A program made the position numbers and the translations under genes. A stretch of DNA of 56,803 nucleotides from an uncultured Dehalococcoidia bacterium (lineage in GTDB: Bacteria > Chloroflexota > Dehalococcoidia > DSTF01 > RBG-16-68-14), in contig CAYQLM010000002.1 in NCBI GenBank assembly GCA_964418365.1, positions 40,555-97,357 of the forward strand. The letters are read 5' to 3'. Numbering within the stretch: position 1 is the first letter of the stretch; every line of letters starts with the position of its first letter. Below, in pieces: positions 6,947 to 15,374 of the stretch. The notes below the pieces were generated by a model. That model had not been told where the DNA came from. It worked only from the letters and a program-made list of their open reading frames with translations, and ran no database searches.

Positions 6947-9649
6947 CTATCCGATGATGATGCAGGACGACGCCGGCCGTCCGAACTGAACGTAGTGCAC
7001 ATCGACATTTGGCGACCCGCTTCTGAGGCCGTAGCCGAACGCCGCGAACATGTTCCCGGGATCAGCTTCCGTGGGAGCTGCCTTCCGGATCGTCACGTAA
7101 TCGCCAAAGCGGTTTGTGCCAACGTTGCTGTTCGTCGTGATCCAGGCGATGAAGTCTCCCCAGAAGCCGACGACGTGGTTCTCGTAGTTGCCGCCGCCTC
7201 CGAATTCGAAGGACATGCCGACTTCGTTCGTGCAGGCGTTCGTAGAGAGAGACGGGTACGCGAATGCGTAGTCCGGGTTCCAGACCTGCACTTGCTGAAT
7301 CTTGTCGAAGTCGTCATTGCGGTCGAAGACGGCGATCTCGATGTGGGCCTGCGGGAGGTTGGTGTCCGTGCCGGCCGACCAGGCAAACCAGAGCTGGTTG
7401 CCGACGCGGGTTCCTCCGATGATCGCGTTGCCCGGGAAGGCACCGCCCCCTGTGGCGCCGCTGAAGTTCTTGCCCAACCAGTCCTGCCCGTCGGGCGTGA
7501 GCGATGTGGGGGAATTGTTCGCCCAACTCGAAATGCCCCGGTCGCGCCAGAAGTAGGTATTGGAATCCTCGCGCAGCGAGAAGATGCGCACGTTCTTGTT
7601 GTTGTTGTGACCGGCCCAGAAGACCTCGTTCCTCGTGTCATGCATGATGTGGCTGCCCCACGGTGTGCCGTTCGCCGGATCCGTGAACTCCACCGTGACG
7701 GTGCCCCCGGCCTGGAGGCCGGCCAGGGAAATACGCGCGACCTGGAAGCCGGCGTTGCAGCCGGCCGCGCAGGGGAAGCCGGCATCCCAGCTCATGTACA
7801 GGAAGTTGTTGCCAAGGGACATTTCCGGGTAGTCGAACCCTGTGCCAACCGGCTGACCGAAGAGCTGGGCCGTGAGGTTCCAATACGTCCAGGCCGTACC
7901 GTTGCTGCTAATGATGCTGGCCGGACTGGCCATCGCAAGCCGGTAGCCGCGGTTCCCCTGGATCAACCAGAAGAAGCGATCGATGCTGGGGGCGTATTGG
8001 ACGACTTGATCGCAGCAGAACCCGACCTTGTCGTTGGGGAAGATGGTGGTCGCATTGATCTGCGTGAAGTTCACGCCGTTGGTTGAAAAGGCCGCACTGG
8101 TCGTGTTCGCCGTGGCGAAGACCACGCCGCCGCCGCTGACGTCGCCGCTCGGCTCCGCGATCGTATTGAGTCCGGTCATTCCGACGCTGTTGTTGGCGTT
8201 GAAGACGATGGGCGCGGCGCCGGCAGCACCTCCCTCAGCGGAGGTGCCTCCTCCACCGCCGCCCGAGGTGTCGATGATGGTGGAGCCCGGCGGCGGGCCG
8301 CCTGGCTCGAAGGGAGCCGTCGGCACGAGGCCACGCGGCGGGTTAAGGCCCTCCTCACCCGTTGGCAGCGGCGGGAACGGAGCATCCGTGATGAAGTTGG
8401 ACGGCACCTCTATCGAGCTCAATGTGTCCGAACCAGGCGCCGCCGGCGGGACACGCACTTTGACCTCCAGCCGGAAGCAGAAGAACGTGTCGCCGGCCAA
8501 GTACCTCCCTTCAATGGTGAGCAGATAGCTCCCCAACGGTTCGAACGACCCTGCGAATTGGGCTTGCAAGGCGCCCTGCGTCTCCGAGGGAATATCGCCC
8601 AGGCTAAAGGGCAATGATGCGGGGACGACTCGCGCTCCGGTACTCAGTGCGACCTGAGTGAGCGTTACGTCCTCAGCCGAGAGAGGTCCTGGATTGAGGA
8701 TTGGGAGGGCAACCAAAAGTGTGGAGGGGTCCAAGAGATTGACGCCTGGGTACCCCGCGATCAGCATGCTACTTGACACGCAGCTCTTCGGGTTGACCGG
8801 GTCCTGGGCGGGGTGCGGTCGCTTGCACGTACTGCCGTGCCGGCCGAACACGGTCTGCAGATCCTTCGCGTCGATGTCGCCGTCGCCGAGTTTGGGCGAG
8901 CTCGGCTCGAGGTCGTAGCGGCTGTTGTAGAGGAGCTGACCTTCGTGTGAACCCCAGCGGAACGCAATCTGCTGCTGATCGATGACGTCAACGCGGCAGT
9001 CGGCGTGAATATCGCCTTCCAGATAGCGGATGGTGATCGAAGTGTCGCCGCAGGGATCGATGATCCCACCAGCATCGTTCAGCGGGATGGGGTGGCCCTG
9101 GAGGTCCGAAAGCTGGCAGTCCTGATTCAGGAGTTCGGTAAGGACACCGTTGTCCTGGCTCGCGATCAGTTTGGAATAGACGTCAGGTTGGGCGCGCACG
9201 CGCACTTTAGCGAGCGAGCCGGGCCCTCTTGGCGCGTCGGTCGGCTTACCTTTCGTAACGCAACGGAAGTTCACGGATCCCTCACTTCGAAGGGATTCAC
9301 AGCTAACCTCGGGCCGGTTGAAGAGGTCGCCGGCTGACACGTCGACGCTGACAAGCTTGGTGTCGTAACGGACTTCGAACTCGAATGAACCGATGCTCTG
9401 TGGTTCGCCCTTAGCGGTACTGTCCACAGTGCCGCGCAGCTCGACGTCGAAGTTCACTTCTTCGACGCCGCTGGCCTTGTTGTGACAAGCTTCCGTGTCT
9501 TCCGTGCACAGCCAGAGGTTCGCCAGGCGCGGAGTCTTGACAACGTGGAGCTCGCCGACTTCGTCAGGTTCTCCGGCGGATGCACCCACTGAGGCCAGTC
9601 CACCAAGAATCAGCGTGAGAGCTAATAGAGTAAGTACGCGTCGTAACAT
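6947..9649 (-). CDS. Secreted 900-aa protein: signal peptide, cohesin-like module, dockerin-like module, Gly/Pro linker, large C-terminal beta-rich domain
   Basis: MLRRVLTLLALTLILGGLASVGASA signal. IGSFEFEVRYDTKLVSVDVSAGDLF...GSLAKVRVRA (cohesin-like, about 9185-9550). GDIHADCRVDVIDQQQ...GDGDIDAKDLQTVF (dockerin-like, about 8825-9025). GGGGGTSAEGG linker. Confidence 0.8.
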   Translation of the reverse strand: MLRRVLTLLALTLILGGLASVGASAGEPDEVGELHVVKTPRLANLWLCTEDTEACHNKASGVEEVNFDVELRGTVDSTAKGEPQSIGSFEFEVRYDTKLVSVDVSAGDLFNRPEVSCESLRSEGSVNFRCVTKGKPTDAPRGPGSLAKVRVRAQPDVYSKLIASQDNGVLTELLNQDCQLSDLQGHPIPLNDAGGIIDPCGDTSITIRYLEGDIHADCRVDVIDQQQIAFRWGSHEGQLLYNSRYDLEPSSPKLGDGDIDAKDLQTVFGRHGSTCKRPHPAQDPVNPKSCVSSSMLIAGYPGVNLLDPSTLLVALPILNPGPLSAEDVTLTQVALSTGARVVPASLPFSLGDIPSETQGALQAQFAGSFEPLGSYLLTIEGRYLAGDTFFCFRLEVKVRVPPAAPGSDTLSSIEVPSNFITDAPFPPLPTGEEGLNPPRGLVPTAPFEPGGPPPGSTIIDTSGGGGGGTSAEGGAAGAAPIVFNANNSVGMTGLNTIAEPSGDVSGGGVVFATANTTSAAFSTNGVNFTQINATTIFPNDKVGFCCDQVVQYAPSIDRFFWLIQGNRGYRLAMASPASIISSNGTAWTYWNLTAQLFGQPVGTGFDYPEMSLGNNFLYMSWDAGFPCAAGCNAGFQVARISLAGLQAGGTVTVEFTDPANGTPWGSHIMHDTRNEVFWAGHNNNKNVRIFSLREDSNTYFWRDRGISSWANNSPTSLTPDGQDWLGKNFSGATGGGAFPGNAIIGGTRVGNQLWFAWSAGTDTNLPQAHIEIAVFDRNDDFDKIQQVQVWNPDYAFAYPSLSTNACTNEVGMSFEFGGGGNYENHVVGFWGDFIAWITTNSNVGTNRFGDYVTIRKAAPTEADPGNMFAAFGYGLRSGSPNVDVHYVQFGRPASSCIIIG

Positions 9650-9823
9650 GGTTCCGTCCCTCCTTGAACCTTTGGCTAGGAAGCCTCAATGAACTGCGTC
9701 AGCGACTAGATCGTGGCCCGTGTTGTCTCCATGCCTAGGCCAAGAAACGCGCCGCCGTCCGTCTGCGTCCGGACGCTCGTTCGAAGAGCGAGCCGCAACG
9801 GGAGAGTGCCACCGGACGCAGCT

Positions 9824-9851
9824 AGTCTATCACCGGGAGCTAGATTGTCAA
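9824..9851 (-). promoter_or_regulatory. Sigma70-type promoter TTGACA-16-TAGACT for the 900-aa gene
   Basis: Minus strand: TTGACAatctagctcccggtgaTAGACTagctgcgtccGGTGGCAC. Confidence 0.55.
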
Positions 9852-9948
9852 GAGGTGAATGTCGACTGAGAAGTCACCTGAGCCTGCAATCTGCGTCCAG
9901 TGGCAGGGCGATTGGCCGGCTGTTGAGGGGGCCTTTCGCCAAGCGTCT

Positions 9949-10112
9949 TAGGGCAAGGATCGAATTCGCTCTCATGTGCTGCGCAATTTCACGAGTCGCT
10001 AGGCGACCTCGACTCCCGCGCCCTCAGAACCGACCAAACTGCGGCCGCGAGACGCCGACCGGTCCGCCGCGCGGGCGTCACTATGTGTTGATAGGAACGG
10101 CCGGGGCGCTCC
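9949..10112 (-). repeat. Repeat R3 (family R), downstream of the 73-aa ORF
   Basis: Same conserved blocks as R1/R2. The variable segment forms GACGCC-N17-GGCGTC. Confidence 0.7.
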
Positions 10113-10334
10113 CTAGTGCCGTCCGCCACGCCCGCGATGGTAGCCGGCGATCTTGACGCACAGCCCGCACACGGTCCCGCGGCCGCGCTTGAACTGCGCT
10201 GCCGGCATCTCTTCGAACGTCGCCCTGTCCTTCGGCCAGCGCGGGCATGCGGGCGCGAGGTGCCAGTCGTCGCGCGCGTCGCGGCGGCGGAGGACCATTG
10301 GCGGGTTCGGCATGAGGGCGACGCTACCAGCCAC
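10113..10334 (-). CDS. Small 73-aa Cys/Arg/Gly-rich protein (CPRW...RGRGTVCGLCVKIAGYHRGRGGRH)
   Basis: GVG-type (GTG) start 9 nt after the Com-like ORF stop. C-terminal half conserved in the remnant at 6625..6816. No family recognised. Confidence 0.4.
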   Translation of the reverse strand: MAGSVALMPNPPMVLRRRDARDDWHLAPACPRWPKDRATFEEMPAAQFKRGRGTVCGLCVKIAGYHRGRGGRH

Positions 10335-10346
10335 AATCGCGATCTA

Positions 10347-10496
10347 CTAGTCACTGGCGGCACTGGCGTTGCGGGCCTTGCACCTGACGCATCGGATTAC
10401 CCAGGGCCGGGCCACCGATTCGGCCAGCTTCTTGTTGCACTTCCAGCAGCGCGGCTCGTAGTCTACCCGCAGAGGTGATTCGGTTTGCGCCGTCAT
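10347..10496 (-). CDS. 49-aa Com-like zinc-ribbon protein
   Basis: MTAQTESPLRVDYEPRCWKCNKKLAESVARPWVIRCVRCKARNASAASD. CxxCNKxL-N11-IRCxRC spacing resembles phage Mu Com. Below the 60-aa cutoff of the ORF track. Confidence 0.5.
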   Translation of the reverse strand: MTAQTESPLRVDYEPRCWKCNKKLAESVARPWVIRCVRCKARNASAASD

Positions 10497-10559
10497 CGCG
10501 CCGCAGCCCCGGCCACGGAACCAAGTTCCAGCACCAGACCTACTACGGGATGTTCCACA

Positions 10560-11705
10560 GTCGACACGGATGGTGGGTCAAGGCACGGCGCGTGGACGCT
10601 CGCCGAGCTGGGGCTGCGCTACATTGGAGACCGGCGGGATATCACCTGGGCGTCGCTGCAAGCGTATGATCTCCAGCGCCGCGGCGTTGCCGATCCCGAC
10701 CGGATTGGAATGTGGGTTGTTAGCCCCGAGGCCCACGAGGTGTGGCAGGTCGTTGAAGCTCTGCCCCCTGACCAGCGTGCAGGCTTGTGGGGCGAGCCGC
10801 CTTCGTCCAGAGACGACATCTTTACCCGCTTCGGGGCTGACCCGGTCGCACTAACGCTCCTCGCGGGTGAATACCGGCGCGGCATCCTGCTCTGGCAAGA
10901 GCAAGCGGAGCGAGCTGAACAACAAGGACAGATCGCCGGCGCCCTCGACGCCTGGGCTAACCTGGCCCGCTGCCACACCGCCCTGGGGGACTTCGCGGCA
11001 GCACGGGCGGCGTACCGGCAGGGAAGAGCGCTCGCTGCGCGGTTGCCACAAGGGTCAACTGCCCCGCTCCTGCTATGGTCTCCGAGGTACGATCGGAGGC
11101 TGGCCGTCGATGAGGGCTGGCGGGAGTTCCTGGAAGATACCCGGGCCTTCCTGGAGCGGCCGCTCGCTGAAGTCCGGGTTGGCCCCGTTCGCGCAGCCGC
11201 TGCCCTCGCAAGCGCGAGGTTGGGCCGGGCGGAGGAGGCGCTGCACTGGCTCGGCACTCTGATCGCCGGGTTTGAGCGGGGGAGGCCGTCCTGGACGGCC
11301 TACACGCAGGTCGCCTGTGACGCCGCAGCGACCCTCTGGCAACTGGAGCGAACCGACCATATCGAGGTCATCGAGCGCAACCTGCGGGAGAAGGTAATCG
11401 CTCCGGACTTCCGCTATCTGATGCGGGACGGACGCACCGCGCTGGCGCGCCTGTGCGCGCTACAGGGCCGCTACGACGAGGCGAGCCGCTGGTTCGCGGA
11501 GGCGCGCACGGTGCTCGAAGGAGACGGCGCGCGTCCGCTCCGCGCCATCGTCGACTACGACGAGGCGCTGATGTACGTCCGCCGCGCCGCGCCCGGCGAC
11601 AAGGAGCGCGCCGCGCCGCTGCTCGATGCTGCGCTGCGCCAGTTTCGCGAGATCGGCATGACAGGCTGGGTCCGCAGGGCGGAAGAGTTGGCGCAGCACT
11701 CGTAG
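10560..11705 (+). pseudogene. Cyclase-NTPase-TPR copy 1, C-terminal TPR fragment
   Basis: From ..GLRYIGDRRDITWASLQAYDL to the stop it is collinear with residues about 730-1095 of copy 2. The N-terminal ~25 aa of ORF 10485..11705 are not homologous. Confidence 0.75.
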
Positions 11706-11728
11706 GGACAGATCTTTAGCTCTGTCCG

Positions 11729-11795
11729 GACACTCGCTCGTCTCCGGCGGCCTCATGCTCCTCACCGAGGCCGCCTGGCGCGAGGAAGACCAGCG
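11729..11795 (+). repeat. Second copy of the 66-nt segment from 3172..3237
   Basis: Identical string, 24 nt after the stop of copy 1. Confidence 0.85.
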
Positions 11796-11862
11796 CGCGT
11801 AATCGTGGTCTGGTATTCTCGGCGCTGGCATGGCTGGCGAGGCCAGCGGGGCCGCGGCGGAG

Positions 11863-11871
11863 TGCTATAAT
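11863..11871 (+). promoter_or_regulatory. Extended -10 TGCTATAAT, leaderless-type
   Basis: Identical to 3323-3331. ATG at 11881. Confidence 0.5.
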
Positions 11872-11880
11872 CGCTCCGCC

Positions 11881-14800
11881 ATGAGCACCGAGGGAAGCGC
11901 TACGACGACGACCATCCTCTTCACCGACTTGGTGAACTCCACAGGGCTGCTGCAGCGCGCCGGCGACGAGCGCGCGCAGCGTATCGTACAAGGGCACCAC
12001 AAGCTGCTGCAGGACGCCGTGGCGGCCAACGCCGGGCGGGCCGTGAAGTGGGAAGGCGATGGCCTCATGGCCGCCTTCTTCTCTTCGGCCGACGCCGTGC
12101 GCTGCGCGATCGCCATCCAACAGGGCGGCCGCCGTCCGATCGCTGGTGAACGCCTAGAAGTGCGGGTCGGCCTAAACGTCGGTGAGGCGCTTCATTGGGA
12201 GCAGGACGACTACTTCGGGACGCCCGTGGTAATCGCAGAACGGTTGTGCAAGCGGGGACAGTCGGGTCAGATTCTCTGTAGCGCGCTCGTGGCCGGCCTC
12301 CTGGCGGGTCGCCAAGCGTTCCGCTTCCGCGAGCTGGGCGAGCTGGAGCTCAAGGGCATCGAGGAGCCGGTCGACGCCTGCGAGGTCCTGTATGAGGAGG
12401 ACCAGCCGAGAGCGTTCCTCACCCACACGCCGTTCGTCGGGCGGGCCGAGGAGGTCGCCAGGCTCCACCAGCGACTCGCAGAGGCGCGCGCTGGCCGGGG
12501 CGGGCTGGTCATGCTCGTCGGCGAGCCGGGCATCGGCAAGACGCGGACGGCGGAAGAGTTCTGCGAGGCAGCTCGACAAGACGGCGCCGCCGTCGCCTGG
12601 GGGCGCTGCTACGAAGGCGAGTGGGCGCCCCCCTACGGCCCGTTCGTTGAAGCGATCGAGGACCACGCGCACAGCGCCGGCCCCGACCAGTTGCGTGAGG
12701 ACTTAGGGTATGGCGCCGGGCCCATCGCCCGTCTCGTGCCAGCCATCAGGGAGCGCCTGCCGGACATCCCGGAGCCCGTCGCGATTCAGAGAGACGAGGA
12801 GCGCTTCCGCCAGCTCGACGCCGCCTCGCCGTATGGCATCGCGGCGCCGCTTCAAACGGACGAGGAGCGCTTCCGCCTGCTCGACGCCGTCTCTCAGTTC
12901 TTCATCGCGGCGTCCCAGCGCGCGCCCGTCGTGCTGGTGCTGGACGACCTGCACTGGGCGGACAAGGGAACGGTGGCCATGCTCCGGCACGTTGCCCGCT
13001 TCGCTCCACGCCAGCGCATCCTGCTCCTGGGCGCGTACCGGGACGTGGAGCTCGACCGCCAGCACCCACTCGCCGAAGCCCTGGTCGGGCTGCATCGCGA
13101 GACGAACTACGAGCGCATCCTGCTCAAGGGGCTCGACGTGGGAGAGGTGAGCGAGCTGCTGAACACCATCGCGGAGCAGGACATGCCCCACGGGCTCGTC
13201 GCTGCCATCAGCCGAGAGACCGACGGGAACCCGTTCTTCATCCGCGAAGTGCTGCTGCACCTGGTGGAGACCGGTGCGCTCTATCAGCGCGAGGGCCGCT
13301 GGAGAAGCGACGCCAGGATCGAGGAGCTGGGCATACCGGAGGGGGTGCGTCAGGTCGTCGGCCGGCGCCTCTCACATCTCTCCACGAACGCGAACCGCCT
13401 GCTCACTGCTGCGTCGGCGTTCAGCGGGGCGTTCCGCTTCGATGTCGCCGCGGGCGTCGCGGGCCTCGATGAGACGGCGGCGCTCGACGCGGTGGACGAG
13501 GCGCTGGCGGCGCAACTGCTACGGCCGGCGGGCGAGCCGGATGCGTGCGACTTCACCCACGCCCTCATCCGGCACACGCTGTACAGCGAGCTGAGCCCGC
13601 CCCGCCAGGTGCGACTTCACCGCCAGATTGCAGAGACGATGGAGCAGGTGTACAGCGACCCTTCCACGGGCTCAGGACGAAGCCAGCTCATACAGCACGC
13701 GGCGGAGCTCGCCTACCAGTACCACCGCAGCTTCACCCTCCCAGGCGCGGAACGCGGCGTCGGCCACGCCATCGCCGCGGCCGACCGCGCGGAGGCGGCC
13801 TTCGCCCACGACGAGACGGTGACGTTCTTGCGCATGGCACTGGAGCTGCTGCCGGAGGAGGACGCTCGGCGTCCGCGCCTCCTCGGCCGCCAAGCACTGG
13901 CCCTCGCCTGGGCGCTCGAGTTCGACGAGGCGTTGGCGGCGGCGCGGCAGGCGGGCGACTTGATCGCAGAGGTGGAGGGTGCGGACGCCGCGGCCGACTA
14001 CCTGGCCGAAGCGGTACGCACGATGCGGATGGCTGGATCCTTGCCCGGCGCCCGGGCGCTCGCCGGGCCGGGGCTGCGCTACGCCGGCGAGCGGCGCGAC
14101 GCCACCTGGGCGTGGCTGCAAGCGTATGATCTCGGGCGCCGCCGCATCGACGATCCCGACCAGACAGGAATGTTCGTTGCTGGGCCCGAGGACCACGAGC
14201 TGTGGCGGGTCCTTGAAGAGCTACCCCCTGACCAGCGTGCAGGCTTAACCGGCCGGCCGCCTTCGTCCAGAGGCGACGTCTTGGCCCGCTTCGCGGATGA
14301 TCCGTTCCAACTGACGTTCCACGCTGGCGAATACCGCCGCGGCCTCCCGCTCTGGCAAGAGCAAGCGAAGCGAACTGAACAACAAGGACGGATCGCCGGC
14401 GCCCTCGACGCCTGGGCCAACCTCGCCCGCTGCCACACCGCCCTGGGGGCCTTTGCGGCAGCACGGGAGGCGTACCGGCAGGGAAGGGCGCTCGCTGCGC
14501 GGTTGCCACAAGGGTCAGCTGTCCCGCTCCTGCTCGCGGCTCCGAGGAGCGAATGGCGGCTGGCCTCCGATGAGGGCTGGCAGGAGCTCCTGGCAGACAC
14601 CCGGGCCTTCCTGGAGCGGCCGCCCGCTGAAGTCCCAACTGCGCTTGGCAGCTTTCGCGCAGCCGCTGCCCTCGCGAACGCCAGGTTGGGCCCGACGGAG
14701 GAGGCGCTGCACTGGCTCGGCACCCTGATCGCCGGGCTTGAGCGGGCGTCGGGCTGGTCGGGCAACTACGTAGCCATCGCCTGTGACGCCGCAGCGACCC

Positions 14801-15168
14801 TCTGGCAACTGGAGCGAACAGACCATATCGAGGTCATCGAGCGCAACCTGCGGGAAAAGGTGGTCGCCCCTGACTTTCGCCACCCGATGCGGGACGGGCG
14901 GCTGGCGTTGGCCCAGCTCTGCGCGCTCCAGGAGCGCTTCGACGAGGCGGTCGAGTGGTTCCAGAAAGCGCGCGACGTGCTGGACGAGCAGGGCGCGCGC
15001 CCGCTACGCGCGATCGTCGACTTCGACGAGGCGCTGATGTACGTCCGCCGCGCCGCGCCCGGCGACACGGAGCGCGCCGCGCCGCTGCTCGATGCGGCGG
15101 TGCGCCAGTTCCGTGAGATCGGCATGACCGGCTGGGTGCGCCGGGCGGAAACGCTCTCGCCTCCGTAG
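11881..15168 (+). CDS. Class III adenylate/guanylate cyclase domain - AAA(P-loop, STAND-like) NTPase - TPR protein (intact copy 2)
   Basis: ILFTDLVNSTGL...WEGDGLMAAF...RVGLNVGEA...GTPVVIAERL (cyclase). LVMLVGEPGIGKTR Walker A and VVLVLDDLHWAD Walker B. Long helical/TPR C-terminus. Start taken at the ATG equivalent to copy 1. Confidence 0.85.
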   Translation: MSTEGSATTTTILFTDLVNSTGLLQRAGDERAQRIVQGHHKLLQDAVAANAGRAVKWEGDGLMAAFFSSADAVRCAIAIQQGGRRPIAGERLEVRVGLNVGEALHWEQDDYFGTPVVIAERLCKRGQSGQILCSALVAGLLAGRQAFRFRELGELELKGIEEPVDACEVLYEEDQPRAFLTHTPFVGRAEEVARLHQRLAEARAGRGGLVMLVGEPGIGKTRTAEEFCEAARQDGAAVAWGRCYEGEWAPPYGPFVEAIEDHAHSAGPDQLREDLGYGAGPIARLVPAIRERLPDIPEPVAIQRDEERFRQLDAASPYGIAAPLQTDEERFRLLDAVSQFFIAASQRAPVVLVLDDLHWADKGTVAMLRHVARFAPRQRILLLGAYRDVELDRQHPLAEALVGLHRETNYERILLKGLDVGEVSELLNTIAEQDMPHGLVAAISRETDGNPFFIREVLLHLVETGALYQREGRWRSDARIEELGIPEGVRQVVGRRLSHLSTNANRLLTAASAFSGAFRFDVAAGVAGLDETAALDAVDEALAAQLLRPAGEPDACDFTHALIRHTLYSELSPPRQVRLHRQIAETMEQVYSDPSTGSGRSQLIQHAAELAYQYHRSFTLPGAERGVGHAIAAADRAEAAFAHDETVTFLRMALELLPEEDARRPRLLGRQALALAWALEFDEALAAARQAGDLIAEVEGADAAADYLAEAVRTMRMAGSLPGARALAGPGLRYAGERRDATWAWLQAYDLGRRRIDDPDQTGMFVAGPEDHELWRVLEELPPDQRAGLTGRPPSSRGDVLARFADDPFQLTFHAGEYRRGLPLWQEQAKRTEQQGRIAGALDAWANLARCHTALGAFAAAREAYRQGRALAARLPQGSAVPLLLAAPRSEWRLASDEGWQELLADTRAFLERPPAEVPTALGSFRAAAALANARLGPTEEALHWLGTLIAGLERASGWSGNYVAIACDAAATLWQLERTDHIEVIERNLREKVVAPDFRHPMRDGRLALAQLCALQERFDEAVEWFQKARDVLDEQGARPLRAIVDFDEALMYVRRAAPGDTERAAPLLDAAVRQFREIGMTGWVRRAETLSPP

Positions 15169-15212
15169 AGCGCTGGGAACCCTGCGACATGAACCCCGCA
15201 ACTTCCTAGAGT

Positions 15213-15267
15213 GTCATCCTGAGGGGCGCGGGGTAGAGGTACTGGGGCGGGGAGCCCGAAGGATCTC
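15213..15267. repeat. REP-like element gtcatcctgag...gaaggatc
   Basis: Related to 43083-43130 (gtcattctgag...gaagaatct). Confidence 0.5.
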
Positions 15268-15374
15268 GCGTACCGAAAGCAGATCTACTTCGTCCGCTCC
15301 TCTCCCGAACAATCTGCTATCCTGGCCTCCGTCGTGGCAGGACGCCCTTCCGCCGTAGCTCTCCCCCTACAATC

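Larger units (their letters stand above)
5336..10560. other. ~5.2 kb insertion splitting cyclase-NTPase-TPR copy 1 (no mobility gene recognised)
   Basis: Homology to copy 2 stops at about 5335 (..AASKAG) and resumes at about 10560-10590 (..GLRYIGDRRDITWASLQAYDL). Lower-GC patches and its own promoters and terminator lie inside. Confidence 0.7.

Noticed and set aside
6653-8086. 477-aa plus-strand ORF inside the 900-aa gene region
   Set aside because: It is antisense to the secreted protein gene, which has a signal peptide, an RBS-compatible start and recognisable modules. The plus-strand translation has no features.
10485-10560. N-terminal ~25 codons of ORF 10485..11705 as a genuine start of an independent TPR protein
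   Set aside because: This stretch has no homology to copy 2 and overlaps the minus-strand Com-like ORF. The ORF is better explained as the 3' fragment of the split pseudogene.
15368-15373. TACAAT as the promoter -10 for the GT-C gene
   Set aside because: It ends only 1 nt before the annotated ATG, so a transcript from it could not include that start codon.
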